This document shows positions 28,176 to 43,172 of a DNA stretch of 64,000 nt, in pieces. This DNA is from Octopus vulgaris (taxonomy: Eukaryota). Within the stretch, counting starts at the first letter, position 1. Every line of letters begins with the position of its first letter. The notes under the pieces are model-generated. The model was not told the DNA's origin, searched no databases, and worked only from the letters and a program-made list of their open reading frames with translations. The stretch lies in contig OX597831.1 in the NCBI GenBank assembly GCA_951406725.2, positions 73,904,001 to 73,968,000 on the forward strand, in the 5' to 3' direction. A program made the position numbers and the translations under genes.

Positions 28176-28454
28176 TAAGCCATTTGCCAATATCAATATT
28201 CCTGTAGGTTTCTTTAACAGAGCTCTCGTTTCCACCACGATCCATGCTCTCCTACCACTCTCCACCACAGACCGAATAAGGTTTGTTTATTTAAACAGAC
28301 CTCCAGCTTTTAACAACATTTCTCGTTTAGCTCTTCCGAAAGTTTGATGTTATGGAAGCTTAAGACTTACCGCATTTCGCTTTTAGCATTTTGACACCAG
28401 ATGCACTTAATTTGTGCAGGAAAGGAATTATAAGGGAGTGGCGTGTGCGTGTGT

Positions 28455-28497
<43 letters not shown>

Positions 28498-28901
28498 TGT
28501 GTATACGCGTTGTTTATTTGCATCTGTGCGTGTATGTGTGGGTATGAGAGTGTGTGATTGTGGTCCGTGGATTGATGGACTCAGGTCGACGGACATACGG
28601 ACAGGCTGACGGACAGGCAGGCAGGCAGGCAGGTATGAACAGAGATTCAAAATAAACACATAGATGTATAAAAAAAAACTTTCCTTAATCTTGTTTTTCA
28701 CGTGTGTGTGTGTGTGCAAATGTATGCGTGTATGTATGTATGTATGTATGTATGTATGTATGTATGTATGTATACATGTACATATATAGCTATATATATA
28801 TATATACAGAGAGATTGATAGATACATAGATAGATAGATAGAGAGACAGATAGGCAAACACAGATATATACATACACACATACACATATATGTATATATA
28901 T

Positions 28902-28940
<39 letters not shown>

Positions 28941-28941
28941 C

Positions 28942-28982
<41 letters not shown>

Positions 28983-29349
28983 ATATTCATGTATATATAT
29001 ATATATATATACATGAATATGTATAATCACGGGAACTTCAGTAAAAATAATATTTTCGTATATAGATGTATGTAAATAAATATTTTCCTACTTATCTAGC
29101 TAGACATACTCTGACACTCACACAAACACATACACCCAAATGCACACAAACACACATGCTCTAAATACACAAACACAGACATACATAATGTTATATGCGT
29201 TTACACACACACCTCTCTATATTTTATGCATTGTCACGGATTCCTCGTCAGTTGCGAGTAGCCAAAGTTCAGCTTCCAGTAATGTTTTCTTAGTGTTTAG
29301 AAACATCGAGAAACATCGAGAAATATTGAAAGAATGTTGAGAGGAGAAG

Positions 29350-29480
29350 ACATGATTGTGTGGTTTCCGGTTCAGTCCCACTCGACCGTGCCTTGGGCAA
29401 TCGCTTCTACTGTGGCCCCAGAGCGACCAATGCGTTGTGAGTGAATGTGACATACGGAGACTGTTTGGAAGCCCGCCCTA
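29350..29480 (+). mobile_element. SINE family A, diverged 5' fragment
   Basis: GGTTCAGTCCCAC...CCTTGGGCAA...TTGTGAGTGAAT. Confidence 0.65.
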
Positions 29481-29655
29481 TACATACACACACACACGCA
29501 CACACGCACACACACACACACACATACACACACACACATATATATACATGTATATACATGTATATATACATATATATATATGTATGAATATGTATATATA
29601 TATATATACATGTATATATATATATACATATATATATATGTATGAATATGTATGA

Positions 29656-29696
<41 letters not shown>

Positions 29697-29701
<5 letters not shown>

Positions 29702-29875
29702 AATACACAAATATGAGAGAGAATCCACTATGTGGTCGATCTAACGCTAAAGATAGATCCGCAAGGGTCTCAACCACTAAGAATTGTTCTCGAGAAGAAT
29801 TTAGCACACTATGAACGTAAGCGAGCAAGACAAATGAAAAATAACAAAAATATAGATTAACCCCAGACACTGTTA
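29697..29875. repeat. (TA)n-adjacent dispersed repeat; second copy at about 47170-47345
   Basis: TAATACACAAATATGAGAGAGAATCCACTATGTGG...ATATAGATTAACC shared by both loci. Confidence 0.88.
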
Positions 29876-30162
29876 ATAAATTATGCAATTTTTCTTACAT
29901 AATTAATCCACAGATCATCAGTGAGATTCGTCATAAAATATAATTTGTCGAACTGCACGCCAGATATTAACACGAGGTCAGAAATACGAGCAGTTCGGCC
30001 TATCATATTCACAGTTATATTCAAATGCACTCGTTTCAGTGCGCCAAAAACCAGCGCGCCAAAAACATATATATATATATATGTATGAATATGTATATAT
30101 ATGTGTGTATTTATATATATATATACATGTATATATAATATATGTATTTATATATATTCTAT

Positions 30163-30512
30163 ATTTTACTTGTTTCAGTTATTCGACTGCGGCCATACTG
30201 GGGTAACACCTTGAAGAATTTTTACTCGAACCAATCGATCCCAGCACATTTTTAAAGCCTGGTACTTATTTTGTAAATTTTTGATGAACCGCCAAGTTAT
30301 GGGACGTAAACAAACCAACATCGGTTGTCAAGCAGTGTATTGGGGTCAAACACAGACACAAAGACACACACACTCACACACACATACACGCACACGTATA
30401 TACATACGAAGGGCTTCTTTCAGTTTCCGTCTACCAAATCTACTCACAAGGCTATAGTAGAATACACTTACCCAAGGTGCCACGTAGTGGAACTGAACCC
30501 GGAACCATGTGG
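30163..30512 (-). mobile_element. SINE family A, 5'-truncated
   Basis: Homology to the family A body and tail. Confidence 0.8.
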
Positions 30513-30659
30513 TATATATCTAACTTAGATAACTTAGATACGTTTTGACCAAAGATTAGCCCAAACCATGTCTAATATAATCGGACCACACCTGATAGGA
30601 TCTGCTAAGCCATTGTTAACTCAGGCTTTATGGTATCATAACCCAGGTATGAATATATG

Positions 30660-31040
30660 TGGAAGCACTCCGTCGGTTACGACGACGAGGGTTCCGGTTG
30701 ATCCGATCAACGGAACAGCCAGCTCGTGAAATTAACGTGTAAGTGGCTGAGCACTCCACAGACACGTGTACCCTTAACGTAGTTCTCGGGGATATTCAGC
30801 GTGACACAGAGATTGACAAGACCGGCCCTTTGAAATACAGGTACAACAGAAACAGGAAGAAAGAGTGAGAGAAAGTTGTGGTGAAAGAGTACAGCAGGGA
30901 TCACCACCATCCCTGCCGGAGACTCGTGGAGCTTTAGGTGTTTTCGCTCAATAAACACTCACAACGCCCGGTCTGGGAATCGAAACCGCGATCCTACGAC
31001 CGCGAGTCCGCTGCCCTAACCACCGGGCCATTGCGCCTCC
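30660..31040 (-). mobile_element. tRNA(Arg-like)-derived SINE, family C; abuts a family B head at 31042-31157
   Basis: Minus head GGAGGCGCAATGGCCCGGTGGTTAGGGCAGCGGACTCGCGGTC...GGTTTCGATTCCCAG with A- and B-box-like motifs. Confidence 0.85.
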
Positions 31041-31498
31041 AAAAGGATGAAAGGCAAAGTTGACCTTGGCGGAATATGAACTCGGAACATAAAGGCAGAC
31101 GAAATACCACTAAGCATTTCGCCCAGTGTGCTAATGTTTCTGCCACCTCGCCACCTTCATGAATATATGTATACACACACAAATGTGTGACAAATTCTTT
31201 GAGTAAGATCTTTAGAGTCTAAATTAAACGCGATATATAAGTTGAATATATTAATTGTTCGTAATAGAGGCTGCTGCAAACCTTTCAGTCAGTTAGCTAA
31301 AAGTTATTTTGTAAGCAGAACAGAATTACTCTCCATGGGTCGCCATTTTGGTATTTGTCATCCTAAATGGGAGAGAACAATGGTTCACGTCATATTACCA
31401 GAGGCGGAAGTGAGATGGATAATATACGTTAGTGACAATTATCATTCGTTGTACATCATAATATATGTTCAATATATATTATATATAATCTCTCCCCC

Positions 31499-31533
<35 letters not shown>

Positions 31534-32040
31534 CACGCTTATATATATATACATGTATATTTACATGTGTATAGACAGTCATATGATATATAACAATTGA
31601 AACCTTTTAATATCTTTTGGGTCTATATCAAAAGTAATGTAATACCAGAATACACACACACACACACAAAGGTACAAACATGTTTATGCATACTTAAATA
31701 CACACATATACACACACACACATATATATACATTTATATATATGCATATATATGTATATATATATGTGTGTGTGTGTATATGTATATATATGTACATACA
31801 TGCATATGCACACATATATATTACACACATATACATACATATATTTATACATACATATATATATATATATATATACACGTACACATATGGACGTGAGCTT
31901 AAGAATGTGATTGTATTTTCATGCGAGCATGTATGCATATGTCTGCATCTATTTGGAAATTTTGGCTATATTTCTGAGGTGGTGAACACGTGTCTTATTT
32001 AAACAACAACAACAACAACAACAACAACAGCAGCAACAGC

Positions 32041-32074
<34 letters not shown>

Positions 32075-32432
32075 CAGTAGCAATAAGAAGACAGCACTAA
32101 GTTTCAAGCCATATTCTTGCTCCTAGATTACATTAGAAAAAGTGAAAAGCATATATTTGAACGTGTTAAAAGAGAGACTGAATGTCAGTTAAGATTTCCA
32201 AGATATATTGTTGTGTATGTAGAATTTCATTATATCAACATGGCAGCTGTTTCTTTATGAGGACAAAGATGGCGGTCTTCCTTAAATAAATAATCATGTT
32301 AGCTCACTCAACACACATTCGCCAATAGAATTATTTGTCGCGACGACACACACAGGAATAAAATAACGACTAAACAATTTCACTCCAACCAAACTAGATT
32401 ATCAACAACTGTGTGGTAATATATATAAATGT

Positions 32433-32501
<69 letters not shown>

Positions 32502-32545
32502 AAATGTGTATGCGTATTTTTTTACATATATGTATGTTATAAATA

Positions 32546-32582
<37 letters not shown>

Positions 32583-32661
32583 TTATGCATATGTGTACGC
32601 GTGTATAATATTCATATTCGTAGTTTTTCAGAGTAGTTTAACTTTATATGTATGTACACAG

Positions 32662-32790
<129 letters not shown>

Positions 32791-32879
32791 CAAAATCCTT
32801 ATGTACATACGTTTATAAGTTCACATACACATACATATACAAGTACGCATATATATATATATAGATATATGTATGTGTG

Positions 32880-32923
<44 letters not shown>

Positions 32924-32971
32924 CATACAAACACACACACATATATATATATATATATACACGTTTACAGT

Positions 32972-33032
<61 letters not shown>

Positions 33033-34323
33033 TTTGTCAGATATCTGGAATAGGAATACACTAAGTCTTCTTGTTAAACTTGATTATAGCAAAATATTTT
33101 TCTGCGCCGCTGAAAAGTTCCATATACATGCGAGTTGGTTACATTTCACGCAACGTAGTCTGTGATATGAGTTACTGTCTCTTCGTCTAGAAATATAAGT
33201 AAATAATGTTCTATGGACACTGAATAAATTGCGTATTACATTGAGCTTCTGTTGGAAAACTTATGCATATGTGAGCCGTATAGAAAACCAAGAAATATCT
33301 GCTGTATATTTACAGCCGAAAAACACATTTGAAACTCAGTAAATGTGCAGAATACTTAGAACTAGAACAGAAATTTTCTCTAAATGTAATTTTGACAATT
33401 ATCTGCTGTGAAAATGGAAACGTTGTTCCTCTAACCTGAGTAAATGAGCAGATAATATCGCTATATAACCAAGGACGCTTACATAATACATTCGCCCTTC
33501 CTTTTTCAATACTCCTACTGTAATCATTATTTATGACCTCTAACTTTCTCATCAGTTTTGTGAAACCGCTTTATGTTATTACTCTCCGTAAATCTCTGCT
33601 GTTAATTCAACTTATTCAGACTTTAACTTTTTCCTACATCATCAAAGAAAGATGTTTATTTCATGGGAATTCAACCATTTTACTATACATACTCAGATAT
33701 CGTTCCACATCCATCACTTCGCCTGTTAGATTTAATCGATGGAAGAAAAAAGTTCAGCCAAAACTAATTATATCAAATACTGTAATTTCTAATATTTAAT
33801 AAAACTTCCTTCCCTCTCTTGAAGCTTTATACTTATATCACAATCTCCAATTTCACTTACATATTTCGAAACTAGACCCCACAAGGAAATAACTAACCCC
33901 AAGGTATTTATAATTGTTTTCTCTTTAATCTAATTATGTTCAATCGCTCGTGGCCAACACTATGATGAATAGAATAAATTTTTTCATACTCATAAGTAAT
34001 AAAAGAAATATTTGGCGTGCATTCCGTTCGGTTGTCTGACGATTAGTCGTGTAATATTCCTTAGTATAAAACTTGAAACCACGAAATGTTACTGATGACA
34101 ATTCACTTTCAATAAATATTTAACTTTACTATGTATATCAAGTTCTCTGTCGCTCTACCCTCAATCTCTATTTCTCCATATGCACGCACAGGTACACACA
34201 CACACATGTGTGCGTATGTGCGTGTGTGCGTGCGTATATATATATGTATGTATGTATATATATATATATATATATACCACGGTATACACATAGCATATTC
34301 GTTAAGTAGGTGTGGTCGATAAT

Positions 34324-34381
<58 letters not shown>

Positions 34382-34419
34382 TTATATATATGTATATATA
34401 AGTGATGATGATGGGATCA

Positions 34420-35105
34420 AACGAGAAAAGAAAATAGACATACAAACATGAAAGGAAGTCAACCGAAATGTCACACCAGATTTTGAAGTATTTCCCAACA
34501 TCTCCACACACAACCCAAGAAACAATGAAGCATTCAACATCATCATCCAAAATCTACCATTCTCACTAGAGAACGACATTTTGGACTCACATAAATTTAT
34601 CATAAGCAAAATTCAACCGAAATCATTGAAAAGAATATTAACCGGTGCAAAACTATATTCCTTAATATCGGAACCAAAAGTGGAGAAATGCGGACGTCCT
34701 AACTGTGGCACATACCCCCACCTTTTAGAAGGTTCAGAATTTCACTTTAAACAAGGTAAAATATTTAAGATAAAGTCAAATTTCACTTGTGCCTCTGAAA
34801 ACTTAATCTATGTTATTACCTGCTTAGGTTGCGGAAACCACTATATAGGCCAAGCACGAATGTCCCTCAGACGAAGAACAACATATCACAAGGAACAAAT
34901 CCGCATCCCACAATATAGACAGATACAGGTCAATGAACACACAGATAGATGTACTATGAATCTGAAACCAAACTTCCTAATCTTACCTTTTTATCAATGT
35001 TCCCAGGAAACCTCAGTGCAGCAAAGATTAAATAAAAAGTCTTTTATTGATAAATATCAACCACAGTTTAATATGAACACACAACACAATACAAGACACT
35101 ACTAA
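34420..35105 (+). pseudogene. Penelope-like retroelement, C-terminal GIY-YIG endonuclease, 5'-truncated
   Basis: STHNPRN...QPKSLKRIL...KCGRPNCG...FTCASENLIYVITCLGCGNHYIGQ...LRRR...H...NEH; begins just after a (TA)n tract. Confidence 0.9.
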
Positions 35106-35285
35106 CCTTACTAATATCAATAATCTCACTAATCCTCATAAATATCAAATACTACTTTAAATTCTAGCAATCGCATCTACTTTAATTATATCCCTTTCAG
35201 AACTGTTTACTTCCCTTGCATCCAATTTTCCCCCTCCGGGATATGTTTATACCCAACATTGCTTGACAACCGGTGTTGATACACA

Positions 35286-35318
35286 GTCAGTGACCACCTA
35301 TAGCGAAACCGGTATGAC
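35286..35318 (+). ncRNA. Degenerate hammerhead motif 3' of the GIY-YIG ORF
   Basis: gtca-GTGACCA-cc(tata)gc-GAAA-ccgg-TA-tgac; stem I perfect, exact HHR spacing, two core substitutions. Confidence 0.62.
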
Positions 35319-35625
35319 ATTTTATAATGATTTTTATACACCTTAATATAAATTCAACTTATTTTTTTGCATATATATATTTGGTTTTAAAAAGCCATTA
35401 CATTCATACCTAGTGTGCAGTTTCTTTGCTTCTTTTTACTTTTCACTTAATTACACCACGTCGTTTTTTCTTAAAACCTGTTTCAATTATATATATATGT
35501 ATGTATATATATATATATATACTTATATTTATATATCTCTAACCTTTCTAAATTTCTCTTTCTCCCTAATCCTTCCCTCCCTCCCCTCTCTCTTTCTCTC
35601 TGTCTCCCTCTCTTTCTATTTATAT

Positions 35626-36038
35626 ATACTCTTTTACTCTTTTACTTGTTTCAGTCATTTGACTGCGGCCATGCTGGAGCACCACCTTTAGTCGAGCAAA
35701 TCGACCGCGGGACTTATCCTTTGTAAGCCCAGTACTTATTCTATCGGTCACTTTTGCCGAACCGCTAATGACGGGGACGTAAACACACCAGCATCGGTTG
35801 TCAAGCAATGCTAGGGGGACAAACACAGACACACAAACATACACACACATACATATATATATATATACATATATACGACAGGCTTCTTTCAGTTTCCGTC
35901 TACCAAATCCACTCACAAGGCTTTGGTCGGCCCGGGGCTATGGCAGAAGACACTTGCCCAAGATGCTACGCAATGGGACTGAACCCGGAACCATGTGGTT
36001 GGTTAGCAAGCTACTTACCACACAGCCACTCCCGCGCC
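35626..36038 (-). mobile_element. SINE family A, full length
   Basis: Closely matches 7801-8200. Confidence 0.92.
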
Positions 36039-36949
36039 TATATATATAATGAAATGAAAACAACAGACGATGGATAATTGACAGCTCATTACAGCAGTTT
36101 AATACGCATTTTAAAATAGAAGAATGCGAAGACTACTTCATTACAAAAAAAAAATAAATAAAAAAAAAATCCGTAATCATAATTTCACAAGCATAATTTA
36201 CCGAAACATAATTTCACAAACAAAAGAATATCCCAAGAATACGGTAGGGACGTGCCTGAAGTTTGTCCAACCATACCTGATGCATATTTTTTCAATTACC
36301 CGATTCCATCCAAATCCTCATTTCATTTTTCATATATATATACAGGTTGTTTATGTCACGCCAGAAAGTGACCATTGGTTTCGTATCTATAAAGCACTTA
36401 GCTGTATTGGCGACTCGTCAGGCTCAAATGGCCGAAACCACATAGGTTCTCTACAACTGGCGGGTGGAAAGCATCATGGTCAGTTAATTTTGCAAACAAA
36501 ATAATTCCGGAACAAACTTTACTGGTTAAACCTCGGCTGAGGCGGCGTTAGTCTCCTTACATCGCTTCCAGTTATATCTACGACAAACCTCCCGAAGACG
36601 TCTGAAGATGGCAGCATTTCCCTGGTCGGCAAATGGGGAATTCTATGTTTCGAACGCGAATTTCCTCTGATGAAGGCACTGACTAAAAATCAATTTTTTG
36701 GAATTTACAAAGGGTCAAGTGATTTTTTCAGGATTCTTATTCATTCAGCCAAGCAAGACTTACAGCGTTTGCATCTGTTGAGGTACGGCCCTGGTTGTCC
36801 TACGAGTCTCCATTTAATTATGTATGGCGTACCCACCTCTATGTGACAGTGAAACCACTCACTGACCGGTTATAACAAACAACCTTCTAAATATATCTAC
36901 TCTAATATTTTAGCGTGTGCTTCTTTTTGGATATATGAACTTCCCATCG

Positions 36950-37042
<93 letters not shown>

Positions 37043-37254
37043 CCAACCTACTTACCTACCTACCTACCGATGTACCTACCTATGTACCTACCTATGTACC
37101 TACCTACCTACCTACCTACCTACCTACCTACCTACCTACCTACCTACCTACCTACCTACCTACCTGCCTACCTATCTACCTACCTACCTACCTACCTACC
37201 TACCTACCTACCTACCTACCTACCTACCTACCTATCTATCTATCTATCTATTTA

Positions 37255-37306
<52 letters not shown>

Positions 37307-37334
37307 CACGCGTGCACGCGTCGATAGGTAAAAA

Positions 37335-37371
<37 letters not shown>

Positions 37372-37691
37372 GAATATAGGTAAGTAAGTAAGTAGGTAGT
37401 GATATAGTGATATAGACAGACGGAAAATAAGATAGATCGATCGTGGAATTGGAAGAGGAGGCCGTGATGTTCATTGCTTTCATTATAGTATTAACTTTGC
37501 TTTCAAGTAAAAGAGTCTGGTTTTGAACGGTGCTAGAAATTGCGTTGAGAGCACAGCACGCCTGCAGTTTATATTCGTTATGCGACAAAAGAGTGAAAGA
37601 AAGAGAAAGAGTTTGAGAGAGAAAGAGAGAGAGAGAGAGATAAGAAGAGAAATAGGGAAAATATAGTAAAAGTGTATGTGTGTGTGTGTAT

Positions 37692-37730
<39 letters not shown>

Positions 37731-38054
37731 GGAAAGAGAGATTGAGAGACAAAGAGAAAGAGATAATGAAAAATACGTGAAGAAAAGACGATTACCATTG
37801 TACCTATACAACATCTTTCACTCCCCCTCTCTTTATTATCTATATTCCTCTCCTCTCTCTCTCTAGCCCTATCTTTAACACACACACACACACGCATACA
37901 CACACATACATCTAATACTTTCTCAGCACAGCAAGATGGCTACTGCCTGTAAGCACACTCCACGATAGCACTTTCTAAGCACACATGTCGACTCTATTTA
38001 AATCCACATCAAATATATATTTTCCTTCTCTCTTTCTCACTCTATCTGTATCTT

Positions 38055-38096
<42 letters not shown>

Positions 38097-38630
38097 TCCC
38101 TCTCGCTCTATATCATCCATATTCATAGCCTTATTTCTACCTCCTTCATATCACTCCTTTTCTTTCTTTGCTTAACCAAACAGACTCACATACGCACACA
38201 CACCTCAACACAACAGGACGCATTCGTTCCCACATTGCCTAAACATCGTAGGATGAATTTAACTTTACGAAACCACCATTTTCCCTCTCTTAACCACCTT
38301 CCAATATGGCGTCGTCTGTTTAATCATAGCTGTGTGCTGCTGTCGCTTCTTCGTTTGCTTCTGACAAGACATTTCTGCCTGCGAGAAAACAGTGTTAGAT
38401 GTCTGTCTCAATTCAAAAGAAATCCAGCGGTTGGCAACGGTGGGGAGAGACGGAAAGAATTTTAGTAAGGATTATCAAATGATTGTATCGAATGATGAAT
38501 TAGAAATATTTCTTGCCTTTGAGGTACCAATGAATATATATGAATGTGTTTGAACGGAGCTATATATTTCTTGATATATCTATGTAAATACATAAGCACC
38601 AACGTATATATACATACATACATACATACA

Positions 38631-38666
<36 letters not shown>

Positions 38667-38783
38667 TATAAATATACATATATATAAATATATACATAAG
38701 TATATATGTATAAGAAATCTCATATATATTTACGTATATACATGCCTAAATATGCATATATGTATATGTGTATATATATATAC

Positions 38784-38847
<64 letters not shown>

Positions 38848-39491
38848 TTGAATACGTACATATGCATCGACATACGTACATATGTATATGTATATAATAC
38901 ATACATAGACACATGTGTTCATGAATGTACGGGTGAATGTACATATGTGTCTATTATGTATGTATACATGTTTCTAAGTATATGTGTGTATACGATTATT
39001 TGTATATGACTAAACTTATATGTCGTCTATGTATCTGTAACTGTATGCATGCATCTATGTAAACATGAATTCATGCGTGCGTATAAGAGTGTCTGTATGT
39101 TGGTGTAGTTATAGGTATGCATGTATGAGCGGATGGATGTGTATGTTACGTGTATGCACATCAGTGAGTTTATGCTCACATACATGTTTGTGCGTGAGCG
39201 TGTGGACATATGTGCGCATACAAGAATGCGTATATGTATGGAGATATTATGTAAGTTTTACACACGGCGACACAGACATATACACACACAAACACATTTG
39301 CACTAACATATGCATGTACATATGTTCTTCTTTGTATGAATATATTTATGCATATGAAAATATTAACACATTTGTATTCATCTATGTACGTAACTATAAA
39401 TACGGACACACGCACACACCCACACACACATATATATATGTGTATGTATATGTGTGTATATATATACATATATACATATATATACATATAT

Positions 39492-39568
<77 letters not shown>

Positions 39569-39725
39569 TATACATACACATATATGTATGTGTGTGTGTG
39601 TGTGGGGGGGGGTGCGTGTGTCCGTATACACATATTCACATACCGATTCGGATCATTGTAACCACAAAAGCTTTTACACATATTTGTTAAATATATATAT
39701 ACGAGCATCCATATGTTTGAAATGG

Positions 39726-39825
<100 letters not shown>

Positions 39826-40385
39826 TGCATGTATATATGTATATATTTATATCTATATATAAGTATATATACGCATACATACAAACGTATAGATGTGTAG
39901 ATATATATGTAAATGTATGTATGCTTGTATGTATGTGTGCATACATGTGTTGTGCGGTTAGCAATGTACTCGAATGTACAAAAGTAACCAACACAACAAT
40001 AAAGCTGTGAAATCGAAGATACCGGAGGCAGTAGCCCCAAGACATCTAACAACTAATATACACATATTATTGCCTTTGGCCATGAAACACAGTATGCGAC
40101 GTGAAAACATACTGTGATAATACTTTATTCTGTTAGCACGTTGATGGCCTGCGAATATACACATTATTGTTTAAAAGTAATTATTTAATTTTAAATATTA
40201 CAGCTTTAAACACGACACTTACACTGCTGAAGTATAGTAATACTGAGAAAAAAAACTGCGGTATTAGAAATGAGAATGGTAAAACACTATACTAAATAGA
40301 TGTCTAAATAGAAATGGCTGTCCTAATGGCCGCATTATATTGCTGGTTAAAGATATATATATATATATATATATAGAATAATAAA

Positions 40386-40689
40386 GTAGTTAGAATGATG
40401 GATTATTATATATATATTTTTTATTTATATACATCTTATTTAAATTTTTTATCGCTTTCTTTCGTTATCGGATTTATCAAAAAATGGTTCAAATTTAGAT
40501 TTCTTGCCATTTTTATAAAGAATTTTCTGGGGTTTGTCAAGCAAAGCCCAGAAGATTCTTTATAAAAAAGCCAATAATTCTAAATTTGAACCATTTTTTG
40601 ATAAATACGATAACAGAAGAAAGGGCTGAAAACGTAAATGAGATGTAAATAGATAAAAAATATATATAATCATCCAACATTATGACTAC
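40386..40689. repeat. Imperfect palindrome of about 300 bp
   Basis: ATTTATCAAAAAATGGTTCAAATTTAGA pairs with TCTAAATTTGAACCATTTTTTGATAAAT; centre near 40538. Confidence 0.9.
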
Positions 40690-40753
40690 CTTATTAGATA
40701 TACACTATGTATACATCACTTCAAACTCTCTCTCTCTCTGTCTCTATCTCTCG

Positions 40754-40791
<38 letters not shown>

Positions 40792-41065
40792 TACAGATTT
40801 CAATCATTTAAAAAGACGATTTAGTTATGCTGTTGAAGAGAAAATAAAAAGAATGAAATTAAAGTGATTTAATCCTTCCGTAGTATCAATTCTGGAAATT
40901 CATGTTTTCTTCACAAAATTTCCATGCTGCTGGTAGCTTTCTATGTATATACATACGTACACAAGCACATACATACATACATACATACATACATACATAC
41001 ATACATACATACATACATACATACATAAATACATACATATGAGTAACATTTGTTGTGACGCTGGT

Positions 41066-41167
<102 letters not shown>

Positions 41168-41443
41168 CATATATAGCAACAGTATATGATACAAAGACCT
41201 GGCACCGGTAATTACATGTCAAAGTTTCTGTAAGCCGTATGCAACCATCTTCCGTTCGTTGATTTTTCAGGGAGAGTACGGAATATGTCCGACTACTAGA
41301 TTAAGGAACTAATTAACCAGTGAGGTAATGGTGGCAATGGCAAATGAAGCGACATGAAAAATTATGGAATATTTCGTTTTCCTTAAGATTCCAAACATCT
41401 CTAGAAAACTCAGCTGTGGACAGAATAAATTCCGATGTAGGAA

Positions 41444-41517
<74 letters not shown>

Positions 41518-41644
41518 TTTATATACATATCTGTATTTATTTATTTATATATTTTTAATACAACAATTATTTTTCACACGTATATATCTTTCTGAGGAGT
41601 TTTGATATTGATTTCCTAATATTAATAATAATATATTATTAATA

Positions 41645-41729
<85 letters not shown>

Positions 41730-41974
41730 CATACACATACACATATACATATATATAGTGTTCCGTGGCATATGTGTATATAAACTTATTTATATATTGC
41801 ACATAGGCAGTATATCGATATATATATATAAAATTTTTATATTTATAAAACTGTGCATCATTAGAAAGCATTTTAAGTCTTCTTATAATTTGACTTTAAA
41901 TTTCATAGAACTCACTCCTAATACTTCATGAGGATAGTCAAACTCTCTAGGATGTCTGGAAAACATATATGTTA

Positions 41975-42063
41975 TTTAGCTGATGAATACTGGACATTTG
42001 TATTTGCTGCAATATTTGCAGCTTCAAATAAAATTGTTCTTAGTATGAAACAATTGTACTAAA
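41975..42063 (+). ncRNA. Type I hammerhead ribozyme, intact core, long stem II hairpin
   Basis: tttag-CTGATGA-atact...agtat-GAAA-caattg-TA-ctaaa; palindromic stem III ACAATTGT; predicted cleavage after A42058. Confidence 0.88.
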
Positions 42064-42095
42064 CTACTAATCAATTCTTGTTGCTTTTTTCTTGG

Positions 42096-42129
<34 letters not shown>

Positions 42130-42164
42130 ATAAATATTTTATATATAAAGAACGTGAAATACAG

Positions 42165-42305
42165 GAAGGGACAAACACGGAACACAGACAAATCATTCGA
42201 AGCCTTCAATCTTCAGTCAGACACCGAATCATCATAGCAAATTTCGGCTGTTCAATTCTGATATTTGCTCCAACTCGGCCAGCCCCAAGAAAAAAAACTA
42301 AGCTG
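42165..42305. repeat. (TA)n-adjacent dispersed repeat; partial second copy at about 57035-57105
   Basis: CATTCGAAGCCTTCAATCT...CATCAT...AATTTCGGCTG shared by both loci. Confidence 0.7.
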
Positions 42306-42996
42306 TAAGCATTAGATTTCTTGGTAGAAGACAGGAATGTGAACGCACGAGACGGATGTAAATACGAGAGACGAAAACGAAATTGAAAACGGTAACGGTT
42401 AAACAAAATATAATATAACGGTGGTTGTCATACGACTTTAGACCAAATGAGACAAAAACAACAACAACATAGCAGCTGGCGTAGAAATAATTACCTTTTC
42501 GGTAGAGGGGACAAATACAGATGTTGGCGAGATACGATCGCCAACGAAATGGTGGAGAAGCAGCAGGTTGCAGGGGAGAGAGAGAAAGAGAGACAGAGAG
42601 AGAGGGAATCAAAGAGGGTGGAAGGCAGGGGACAGAATCAGTCAGAGACCAAGAGAAGAAGAGAGAGAAGGGATTGAGGAGGATGGGAGGAAGAGGGGGA
42701 AGAAAAAAGGGCGCCAAAATAGTTTGGTCAAGAAGCAATGGTGGTATATATATATATATATATATGAATTCCGTGACAGATATATATTTACTGCTTATAT
42801 ACCCAGTGTTGTGCATATAGTGTGTGAAGGCAGTGGGTGTACATGTGTCCCATAACATATAATTGTTCATTTCTCTAAGAATTGGTCTTCAAATTAGATC
42901 GAGGCACAAATAGGAACATGGTTAGATGTAAGTGCATGCATGTGCATATAAATGAGTGCGTGTGTATGTGAATAATGTATGTGTATGGATATGTAT

Positions 42997-43033
<37 letters not shown>

Positions 43034-43137
43034 TTTAGAGTTAATCCAAACAAGAAAGCACAAAAAAACACAACAACGCGAGGACGTGGAACAAATATAG
43101 TATTATTGGACGCTCAGGAAAGAAGGAAAGAAGGAGG

Positions 43138-43172
43138 GTTTAACGTTTCGAGCGGAGCTCTTCGTCGGAAAC
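43138..43172 (-). ncRNA. Minimal hammerhead motif, U4C core variant
   Basis: Minus: gttt-CCGACGA-a-gagc(tcc)gctc-GAAA-cg-TT-aaac. Confidence 0.72.

Noticed and set aside
30960-31040. tRNA genes at A/B-box heads (also 46586, 53992, 5680)
   Set aside because: No complete cloverleaf; the first three run into SINE bodies and 5680 has only a B-box-like motif.
36667-36720. CTGATGA
   Set aside because: No stem II or GAAA follows.
42190-42295. Minus-strand GGCTG...CAGCC-GAAA stem and a nearby CTGAAGA
   Set aside because: No CUGANGA before the stem, and no stem I or GAAA for the CTGAAGA; not called as a hammerhead.
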